From contig CBDCXR010000004.1 of assembly GCA_965223845.1 (NCBI GenBank), forward strand, positions 704,001-768,000: a stretch of 64,000 bases of DNA, in the 5' to 3' direction. Positions 49,340 through 57,280 of this stretch are shown in pieces. The notes under the pieces were generated by a model. The model had not been told where the DNA came from and ran no database searches. It saw only the letters and a list, made by a program, of their open reading frames with translations. The translations under genes were made by a program, and so were the position numbers. Source of the stretch: Planctomycetota bacterium. Its GTDB lineage: Bacteria > Planctomycetota > UBA8108 > SXIK01. Each line of letters starts with the position of its first letter. The stretch's first letter is position 1.

Positions 49340-50398
49340 ATGTTCCTCGACGAAGTCACGATCAGCGTGCGGAGCGGTGACGGCGGCGACGGGTGCGTCA
49401 GCTTTCGGCGCGAGAAGTTCGTACCCCGGGGGGGACCCGATGGCGGTAGGGGGGGGCGAGGGGGGCACGTGATCCTCGAGGCGTCGCGCAGTTTGACGAC
49501 GCTGCTCGATCTCTCGCGCCGGCGATCGTACGCCGCGGAGAACGGCCGACCGGGCGGGCCGGCCAATTGCACGGGTCGCACGGGTCGGGACGTCATCGTT
49601 CGGGTTCCCGTCGGGACGATCGTGCGGTCGATCGCCGAAGACGCGGAGGATCCGTCCTCGGCGGAGATTCTCGGCGATCTCGTCGAGCACGGTCAGAGCC
49701 TCCTCGTCGGTCGCGGCGGTCGCGGCGGCAGAGGGAACAAGTCGTTCGCGTCCTCGACGCATCAAGTTCCGAGAATCGCCCGCGAAGGTCAGCCGGGCGA
49801 GGAGCGCCGCCTCTATCTCGAGCTCAAGCTGCTTGCGGACGTCGGCCTCGTCGGTCTTCCGAACGCGGGCAAGTCGACGCTCCTCGCGCGGGTTTCGGCC
49901 GCGACGCCGAAGGTCGCCGCCTACCCGTTCACCACGCTCCAGCCGCAGCTCGGCATCGCGGAGGTGGGGGACTATCGCCGGATCGTCGTTGCCGACATCC
50001 CCGGCCTCATCGAGGGTGCGCACGAAGGGCACGGACTCGGAATCGAGTTCTTGCGTCACATCGAGCGCACGCGCGTGCTCGTCCATCTCGTGTCGCTCGA
50101 GGCGGAGTCGATCGAGTCTCTCGAGCGCGATTACACGACGGTGCGGCGCGAGCTCGAAAGCTACAGCGAGGCGCTCCACCGAAAACCGTTCATCGTCGTC
50201 GTGACGAAGACGGATCTACTGCCGCCCGATGAAGCGGAAGTTCGTCGAAGGACGTTTTCGGAACGACTCGGTCGCCCCGTGCTCGCGATGAGCGCGGTCA
50301 CCGGGGTCGGAGTCGATGACGTGTTGGCATCCGCAGTTGAAATCCTCGACGAAGTTGTCTCGGCGGACCCTTCCTCGTCACACTCGGGCGACGAGTGA
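49340..50398 (+). CDS. obgE: GTPase ObgE/CgtA (short C-terminus)
   Basis: FLDE...GDGGDG.VSFRREKFVPRGGPDGG, GLPNAGKST, YPFTT, DIPG, TKTD. Confidence 0.97.
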   Translation: MFLDEVTISVRSGDGGDGCVSFRREKFVPRGGPDGGRGGRGGHVILEASRSLTTLLDLSRRRSYAAENGRPGGPANCTGRTGRDVIVRVPVGTIVRSIAEDAEDPSSAEILGDLVEHGQSLLVGRGGRGGRGNKSFASSTHQVPRIAREGQPGEERRLYLELKLLADVGLVGLPNAGKSTLLARVSAATPKVAAYPFTTLQPQLGIAEVGDYRRIVVADIPGLIEGAHEGHGLGIEFLRHIERTRVLVHLVSLEAESIESLERDYTTVRRELESYSEALHRKPFIVVVTKTDLLPPDEAEVRRRTFSERLGRPVLAMSAVTGVGVDDVLASAVEILDEVVSADPSSSHSGDE

Positions 50399-50670
50399 CG
50401 CGTTTTCTCTCGCGTCTCGTTCGCTAATCCGGGGCTGTTCCCGTTCCCGCCGCGGCCGCTGCTCGCGAGCACGTTTTCGGACGTGAGGGCGATAACGACG
50501 CTCGGGCCCGCCGGTTCGTCGCTTCCGAGCTGCGCGTTGTATACTTCGGTGCACCGAGCCCAAAGTGCGCCTCCCAAGTTGAGCGCGCGCTTCCCGTCGA
50601 TCGCTCTTCGCAGTGCGGTGGGGCAGATTCGAGCGACAGTGCGAGAGAAGAAGAGAGAAGAGAGACCACG

Positions 50671-51771
50671 ATGGAATTCCACGAGATGCTGCGGAAGATG
50701 GTGATCGAAAAGGCGTCGGACCTTTTCATCAAGGTCGGAACGCCGCCGTCCCTGCGCATCGACGGATCGATCCACTTCGTCGATACCGACGAGATCACGC
50801 CGCAGGATACGCGCGAGATCTTCGAAATCATCGAGGACTCGAAGAAGGAACGCTTCGCGGTCAAGCAAGATCTCGACGTCGCCTACGAGCTCCCGGGAAT
50901 CGGCCGATTCCGCGTGAACATCTTCCGCGCGAAGGGAAACCTCGGTTTCGTCCTGCGCTATATCGAGAGCAAGGTGCCGAGCTTCGAGGAGCTGCACCTA
51001 CCGGCGGTCGTGCTCACGCGCCTCGCGAGCGCGCTCCGCGGGCTCGTCCTCGTCACCGGTCAGACCGGTAGCGGTAAGTCGACGACTCTCGCTTCGCTGA
51101 TCAATCTCATCAACGAGCGTGACAACAAGCACGTCGTCACGATCGAAGACCCGATCGAGCACGTGTTCAAGGACCGCAAGTCCATCGTCAACCAGCGCGA
51201 AATCGGCTCCGACACGCCAGATTTTTGCTCGGCTCTGAAGATGGCCGTGCGGCAGAGCCCCGACGTCATCCTGATCGGGGAAATGCGCGACGCCGAGACG
51301 ACCGAGGCGGCGATCGCTGCGGCGGAAACGGGACATCTCGTGATGAGCACGCTCCACACCGTGAACGCCATCCAGACCGTGGAGCGGATCATCAACTTCT
51401 TTCCGCCGCACCAGCACGAGCTGATCCGATTGCAGCTCTCGCTCATCCTCGTCGGAGTGATTTCTCAGCGCCTGATTCCCAAGAAGTCGGGCGGCGGACG
51501 AGTCCCGGCGGTCGAGCTCATGATCCAGTCGCCGACCGTCCGTGAGCTCCTTCGCAACGGGCAGACGCAGGAGCTCTACAACGCCGTGAAGCAGGGTGAG
51601 TACTACGGCTGTCAGACCTTCAATCAGTCGCTCAAGTCCCTCTACCAGGACGACCTCATCACGCTCGACAACGCGATGGAAGCCTCGGACTATCCCGAGG
51701 AGCTGAAGCTCGACCTGAAGGGGATCGTGAAGGGCGGCCTCGCGAACGCCGACTTCAACTTCAACTATTGA
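50671..51771 (+). CDS. pilT: PilT/PilU-family type IV pilus retraction ATPase
   Basis: RFRVN, GQTGSGKSTT, TIEDPIE, QREIG, RQSPDVILIGEMRD, AETGHLVMSTLHT; TVRELLRN in place of AIRNLIRE, so PilT versus PilU is not resolved. Confidence 0.88.
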   Translation: MEFHEMLRKMVIEKASDLFIKVGTPPSLRIDGSIHFVDTDEITPQDTREIFEIIEDSKKERFAVKQDLDVAYELPGIGRFRVNIFRAKGNLGFVLRYIESKVPSFEELHLPAVVLTRLASALRGLVLVTGQTGSGKSTTLASLINLINERDNKHVVTIEDPIEHVFKDRKSIVNQREIGSDTPDFCSALKMAVRQSPDVILIGEMRDAETTEAAIAAAETGHLVMSTLHTVNAIQTVERIINFFPPHQHELIRLQLSLILVGVISQRLIPKKSGGGRVPAVELMIQSPTVRELLRNGQTQELYNAVKQGEYYGCQTFNQSLKSLYQDDLITLDNAMEASDYPEELKLDLKGIVKGGLANADFNFNY

Positions 51772-51798
51772 TCCCGACGTCCGTCGCCCGCGGCGAGC

Positions 51799-51804
51799 TA
51801 TAAT
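51799..51804 (+). promoter_or_regulatory. Consensus -10 TATAAT, probable leaderless promoter of coaX
   Basis: gctataatgctcgaATG: ATG begins 7 nt after the hexamer; no SD. Confidence 0.65.
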
Positions 51805-51810
51805 GCTCGA

Positions 51811-52614
51811 ATGATCCTCGGGCTCATTATCGGCAACACGAGTGTTCGCTACGGCCGTCTCGACCTCGATTCGGCGAGCAGGATTGCCGCGGCGGGTCGT
51901 GTGCTCGTCGGCGATGGCGCGCGACCGCTCGACCGCGCCGAGATCGTCTCTCAGCCCGGTGGCCGGCGGCTCGAGGCGATCCTTCGCGAACAGGAAATCG
52001 ACTCCGTCGTCGCGGCGTCCGTGCGCGACGATCGGCTCGATCGCTTCCTCGCGGCTCTGCCGGCTCTCCCGGCGCCGCTGCGCGCGGGAGCGGATTTGCC
52101 TCTCGGGATCGCCAACGAGGCCGCGCGACCGGAGGAAGTGGGCGTCGATCGCCTGCTGAACTCACTCGCTGTGCGAGCGCGGGCGCCGGGACGCGGCGCG
52201 ATCGCCGTCGACTTCGGCTCGGCGATCGCGCTCTCCGTCGTCTCTCCCGCGGGCGCATTCGTCGGCGGCGCGATCGCGGCGGGCGGAGAGGCCCTGCGCG
52301 CGGGGCTGCGGGTGCGGACGCCGCGGCTCGAGGTGCCGGAGCTCGTGCGACCCTCGCGCGCGATCGGAAAGACCACGCGCGGCGCTCTCGAAGTCGGGCT
52401 CTTCTGGCAGCTCGCCGGCGGTGCGGAACGGCTCATCGAGGCCGTCGCCGCTGATTGCGACTTTGCGATCGAACGCGTTGTCGCGACCGGGGGGGACGCG
52501 GCGCTCGCCGCCCCCGCGATCGAATCGATCGACGAGGTCGTCGAGGATCTCACGCTCGAGGGCTTGCGGCTCGCGTACGCCGCTCACGTCGCTGCTCGGC
52601 AGTCTCCGCCGTGA
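51811..52614 (+). CDS. coaX: Type III pantothenate kinase (divergent)
   Basis: IIGNT, ASV, EVGVDRL, VDFGSA, FVGGAI, IGKTT, ATGGDA, LTLEGL. Confidence 0.85.
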   Translation: MILGLIIGNTSVRYGRLDLDSASRIAAAGRVLVGDGARPLDRAEIVSQPGGRRLEAILREQEIDSVVAASVRDDRLDRFLAALPALPAPLRAGADLPLGIANEAARPEEVGVDRLLNSLAVRARAPGRGAIAVDFGSAIALSVVSPAGAFVGGAIAAGGEALRAGLRVRTPRLEVPELVRPSRAIGKTTRGALEVGLFWQLAGGAERLIEAVAADCDFAIERVVATGGDAALAAPAIESIDEVVEDLTLEGLRLAYAAHVAARQSPP

Positions 52615-53873
52615 CGATCTCGGATTCCTCGTCCGGCTCGCGGGCGGAGTTCTTCGTCCATCGCGCGACGCCGCCCGGCGAAGGTGGGATCGCGCTCGTC
52701 GAGCTCTACGGCGATCGCGCGAGCGCTGCGCTCGCCGAAGCGTTCGCGTCGCCCCACGGCGGACTGCCGCGGGTCGGCCGATCGCGCTACGGCGAGCTGA
52801 GGGATGCCGCGGGAGCGGTGATCGACGACGCCGTCCTCACCCGAATGCCCGCCGACGGGATGTGGTCTCGCCGACCCGCGTGGACGCTCGCCCTCCACGG
52901 CGGCGAGTGGATCCAGCACCGCGCGCTCGAGCGCTTCGAATCACTCGGAGGAAGGACGATCGATTTCGACGAGGCGATCGAGCAGGCGATCGCCACCGGC
53001 GGTCTCGATACGATCGAGGCCGAGGCGTACCAGGCGCTCACGACCGCCGCGAGCGAGCGCGCCGCGCGGTTTCTCCTCCGCCAGTATCACGGAGATCTGT
53101 CGGCGATTCTTCGCGGCGCGCTCGACGAGCTCTCGCCGGAATCGGTCCCGCGGATTCTCGCGCGCGTACGCGAGCTCATCCAGCGCTCCGCCCTTGCTCG
53201 CCGACTCGTCGAGCCGCTGCGGGTTCTCATCGCGGGGCGTCCGAACGCGGGCAAATCGACGCTGTTCAATGCTCTTTACGGTTCCGAACGTGCCGTCGTC
53301 ACCGATATTCCGGGGACGACGCGTGACGTTCTCGAAGTCGACGTCGTGATCCGAGGTTTCCCCGTGAAGCTCCTCGACACGGCCGGGCTGCGCGGCGAGG
53401 ACGAAGCGACGGACATCGAACGGATCGGGATCGAGCGCGCGCGCCGGCGTGAGCGAGATGCCGTGCTCTATCTCGTCGCTCCTCCGTGGAAGCTATCCGC
53501 CGAAGACCGCGACTTCTTCGCCGGTGCTCCCGACGTAGAGAGGCTCGTCATCGCGAGTCAAACGGATCGTTCTTCCCCTGCGGATGCGTTTCACTCTGGA
53601 GTCGACCTGGGGATTTCCGCGCGAACGGGAGCAGGGCTCGACGCGCTCCGCGCGCGGATGGCCGAAGCTTGGTGTGGCGATCGGCCGCACGAAGCGCAAG
53701 AGGACGACGCCGCGGCGCCGTTCTGCGCGCGGCAGATCCGCGCGCTTCAGTCTGCGTTCGCGGCGGGAAACGACCCCGGTGCGGTCCTTGACGCCGCTCG
53801 GAACGCGTTCTTAGAATGCCTCGGCTCGCGGCCGGGGGCGACGCTTTCCGCGTCCGACCCCGACAGTTGCTGA
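52611..53873 (+). CDS. MnmE/TrmE-like GTPase, divergent and C-terminally truncated
   Basis: [53 protein letters not shown]; G4 reads SQTD and there is no terminal CxGK; GTGA overlap with coaX. Confidence 0.8.
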   Translation: MTISDSSSGSRAEFFVHRATPPGEGGIALVELYGDRASAALAEAFASPHGGLPRVGRSRYGELRDAAGAVIDDAVLTRMPADGMWSRRPAWTLALHGGEWIQHRALERFESLGGRTIDFDEAIEQAIATGGLDTIEAEAYQALTTAASERAARFLLRQYHGDLSAILRGALDELSPESVPRILARVRELIQRSALARRLVEPLRVLIAGRPNAGKSTLFNALYGSERAVVTDIPGTTRDVLEVDVVIRGFPVKLLDTAGLRGEDEATDIERIGIERARRRERDAVLYLVAPPWKLSAEDRDFFAGAPDVERLVIASQTDRSSPADAFHSGVDLGISARTGAGLDALRARMAEAWCGDRPHEAQEDDAAAPFCARQIRALQSAFAAGNDPGAVLDAARNAFLECLGSRPGATLSASDPDSC

Positions 53874-54005
53874 ACACCCTCTTCGGCGCGGATCCCGCGT
53901 TTCGCGCGCCCCTCGTGTGCGCGAGGATTCGAACGAATCGGCGCCGCGCGGGGGCCGTAGACTGGAAGGGGAAGTCCCCGCTCTCGTCCATCGGTCCACG
54001 ACGAT

Positions 54006-54575
54006 ATGTCCACCCACTCGCAGCCCGAGCGTCTCCTCGACGCCGCGGAGTTTACCGCTGTCTTCGAATCGTGGTTTCGCATGATTCGCGACACCGTGAC
54101 GGCGGATGCTGAGCGCTGGGCGATCGTCGGAATCAAGCGCCGCGGCGCGGTTCTCGCTGAGCGGGTCCACGAGCGTCTCGAGGCCGAAGGCGTCTCGACA
54201 CTGTTCGGCGAGGTCGACATCTCGCTCTACCGCGACGACTACCACCTCCAGACAACGAGCGCCCGAGTGCTCGGCACGGAGGTCGACTTCGCGGTGGACG
54301 GACTCAAGATCATGCTCGTCGACGATGTCCTCTACACCGGACGGACCGTCCGCGCCGCGATGGGTGTTCTTCTCGACCTCGGCCGGCCGCGTGTGATCGA
54401 GCTGGCCGTGTTCGTCGACCGTGGGAACCGCGAGCTGCCGATCGCCGCGAACCTGATCGGGAGAACGATCACGACGCGGCGCGACGATCACGTAAAGGTC
54501 CATCTCGCGGAGATCGACGGCGACGATCGCGTCGAGCTTCGTCCGGAGTCCGCCTCATCGGCGGAGCAAGAATGA
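54006..54575 (+). CDS. pyrR: PyrR pyrimidine regulator / uracil PRTase
   Basis: GIKRRG, DISLYRDD, LVDDVLYTGRTVRAA, DRGNRELPI. Confidence 0.95.
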   Translation: MSTHSQPERLLDAAEFTAVFESWFRMIRDTVTADAERWAIVGIKRRGAVLAERVHERLEAEGVSTLFGEVDISLYRDDYHLQTTSARVLGTEVDFAVDGLKIMLVDDVLYTGRTVRAAMGVLLDLGRPRVIELAVFVDRGNRELPIAANLIGRTITTRRDDHVKVHLAEIDGDDRVELRPESASSAEQE

Positions 54576-54664
54576 CGCGGCGCCGCGCGAGGAGATCGCG
54601 CTGCTCGGCGAGACGATTCGGTGTCCCATCTTCCACCCCACGTCGCAGCGGGAGGGCCTGAGCG

Positions 54665-55627
54665 ATGGAGTGGACGCGAAAGGACCTCGTCGGCCTCGAC
54701 GATCTCAGCGCAGATGAGATCACCTACATTCTCGACACGGCGAAGGGATTCGAGGAGGTCTCACGCCGGAGCGTCAAGAAGGTGCCCGCGCTTCGAGGCC
54801 GCGTCATCGTCAACCTTTTCTTCGAGGCGTCGACTCGGACTCGCGTGTCCTTCGAGCTGGCGGGAACGCGACTCTCCGCCGACGTGCTGAACTTCGCCGG
54901 TTCGTCGAGTTCGACCCTGAAGGGCGAGACGCTGAACGATACCGCGCGGAATATCGAGGCGATGGGCGTCGACATCGTCGTCCTTCGTCACGGCTCGTCC
55001 GGAGCGGCGGCGCAGCTCGCGAAAATCCTCCGCGCGTCGGTCGTCAACGCGGGCGATGGTTCGCACGAGCACCCCACGCAGGCGCTTCTCGACATCTTTA
55101 CGATTCGCGAAAAGCTCGGACGCGTCGCGGGGCTCAAGGTCGCGATCATAGGCGACATCGGGCACAGCCGCGTCGCGCGCTCGAACATCTGGGGGCTGCA
55201 GAAGCTCGGGGCTGAGGTCGTCGTCGCCGGCCCCCCGACACTCGTCCCGCGCGGGCTCGCGAAGCTCGGCGTCAGGGTGTGCCACCATTTGGACGAGATT
55301 CTGCCGGAGATGGACGTCTTCAACATGCTCCGCATCCAGAGCGAGCGTCAAGACAGCGCGCTCTTTCCAACGGTTCGGGAGTACTCGCGCCTCTTCGGCA
55401 TGAACTCGGACCGCATGGCGCGAACGAAGCCGGACGCACTCGTTCTCCATCCCGGGCCCATCAACCGCGGAGTCGAGATCACGCCGGAAGTCGCCGATGG
55501 TCCGAGATCGGTCATCCTCGATCAGGTGACGAACGGGCTCGCCGTGCGAATGGCCGCGCTGTACCTCGTCGGGACGTACGGCGGTCAGGAGGCGGAGGTC
55601 GCCGGCGACGGCGCGATTGGCGAGTGA
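54665..55627 (+). CDS. pyrB: Aspartate carbamoyltransferase catalytic subunit
   Basis: [52 protein letters not shown]. Confidence 0.97.
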   Translation: MEWTRKDLVGLDDLSADEITYILDTAKGFEEVSRRSVKKVPALRGRVIVNLFFEASTRTRVSFELAGTRLSADVLNFAGSSSSTLKGETLNDTARNIEAMGVDIVVLRHGSSGAAAQLAKILRASVVNAGDGSHEHPTQALLDIFTIREKLGRVAGLKVAIIGDIGHSRVARSNIWGLQKLGAEVVVAGPPTLVPRGLAKLGVRVCHHLDEILPEMDVFNMLRIQSERQDSALFPTVREYSRLFGMNSDRMARTKPDALVLHPGPINRGVEITPEVADGPRSVILDQVTNGLAVRMAALYLVGTYGGQEAEVAGDGAIGE

Positions 55628-55643
55628 CGGAGTCGGACGAGCG

Positions 55644-56978
55644 ATGATGGCGAACGCGCGCAGCCGAGTTCTACTTCGCGGAGGGCGGATCCTCGATCCG
55701 GCCACGGGGCGCGATGCGGTCGGCGACCTTTGGATCGACGGCGCGGTGATCGGACACGTCGGCGATCCCGTGGGAGCGACGGACGGGGTCGAGACCATCG
55801 ACGTGAGCGGGCTCGTCGTCGTGCCGGGACTGTTCGACATGCACGTCCACTTCCGTGAGCCGGGCAACGAGGAGGTCGAGACGATCCGGAGCGGTGCGCG
55901 CTCGGCGATCGCGGGCGGCGTGACGAGCGTGGCCTGCTTCCCGAACACCGATCCGGCGCTCGACAACGAAGCGGCGGCGGAGTTTGTCGTTCTCCAGGGG
56001 AAGCGAGCCGGCTACGCGAACGTGTTTCCCGTTGGGGCGGTAACGCTCGGTAGAGCCGGCGAGCGACTCTCCGAGATGGGCGGCCTTCACCGAGCGGGTG
56101 CGGTCGCGTTCAGCGACGCCGACCGAACGGTGCGCTCGGCGGAGATCATGCGTCGCGGTCTACTCTACGCGAACATGTTTCGTCTGCCGGTGATCGCGCA
56201 CTGCGAAGATACCGACCTCTCGCGCGGCGGCGTCGTGAACTACGGCCGCGTTGCGCTGCGGCTCGGACTCCCCGGAATCCCGGACGTATCGGAGGACATC
56301 GTCGTCGCCCGAGACATCCGTCTCGCGGCGATCACGCAGGGGCGCCTCCACCTCGGCCACATCAGCACGCGCGATGCCGTCGCGCAGCTCCGCGAGGCGA
56401 AATCGAACGGTCTTCACGTCACCGGGGAGGTCACTCCGCCGCACTTCACGCTCACCGAAGAGACCGTGTCGACGTACGACTCGAACTTCAAGGTGCGTCC
56501 ACCGCTTCGATCGAAGGACGACGTCGACGCACTTGTCGCTGGAGTCGCCGACGGCACGATCGACGTGATCGCGTCGGGGCACGCACCGCATGCGGTTGAA
56601 GACAAGGACGTGGAGTTCATCCAGGCACCGCCGGGAGTGGTCGGCCTCGAAACTCTGTTCGCAGTCGCCTACACCGAGCTCGTCCTAAAGCGCCGGATCC
56701 CGTTTCTATCCGTGCTCGAAAAGATGACGATCAACCCGGCGCGGATCCTCGGCAAGGACGATCTCCGCGGAAGTCTCGAGCCGGGGAAGGTCGCCGACGT
56801 ATCGGTGTTCGACGTGGACACCGAGTACGCCATCGATCCGAATCGGTTCCAGTCGAAGAGCCGCAATACCTGTTTCGGCGGGAAGCGCGTATGGGGTGCG
56901 CCGCGATTCGTTTTCGTTGGCGGTCAGTGCGTGCTCCGCGACGGCGCGGTGGTCTCCTCACCGGAGCCGCAACCGTAG
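55644..56978 (+). CDS. pyrC: Dihydroorotase-family protein (possibly inactive PyrC')
   Basis: DMHVHFREPG, AGGVT, PNT.P, HCED, HIS, PPLR; but ASGHAPH instead of TDHAPH. Confidence 0.88.
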   Translation: MMANARSRVLLRGGRILDPATGRDAVGDLWIDGAVIGHVGDPVGATDGVETIDVSGLVVVPGLFDMHVHFREPGNEEVETIRSGARSAIAGGVTSVACFPNTDPALDNEAAAEFVVLQGKRAGYANVFPVGAVTLGRAGERLSEMGGLHRAGAVAFSDADRTVRSAEIMRRGLLYANMFRLPVIAHCEDTDLSRGGVVNYGRVALRLGLPGIPDVSEDIVVARDIRLAAITQGRLHLGHISTRDAVAQLREAKSNGLHVTGEVTPPHFTLTEETVSTYDSNFKVRPPLRSKDDVDALVAGVADGTIDVIASGHAPHAVEDKDVEFIQAPPGVVGLETLFAVAYTELVLKRRIPFLSVLEKMTINPARILGKDDLRGSLEPGKVADVSVFDVDTEYAIDPNRFQSKSRNTCFGGKRVWGAPRFVFVGGQCVLRDGAVVSSPEPQP

Positions 56979-57280
56979 ATCGGAGCAAGCGGCGGCTCGG
57001 TTCCTCCCGTCGGTCTCGAGATTTGCTCGAATAGGCGCCCGTCGCGACCGTCCAACGGGGCGAGTAGCCTGATTTCTGCCTCTCTCGCGGCGCGACGTGC
57101 GTCGTTTGTTGGTGTAGAATCGGAACTTAGCGTGGTCTTCGCGCCGGATTCGGGCGCTCGGCGGAATCCCGCGAAGCACTTCGACCGGACGGTTCATCAG
57201 GGGGTTCCTCGATGCTTCACGGTGACGATTCGAGACGGGACAGCACAGCGGGACCGAGGACGCGGCGGCTCCCGCGATGG

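Noticed and set aside
53874-54664. PyrR attenuator around pyrR/pyrB
   Set aside because: No AGUCC-N-GNGAGGY binding loop or terminator with U-tract recognisable
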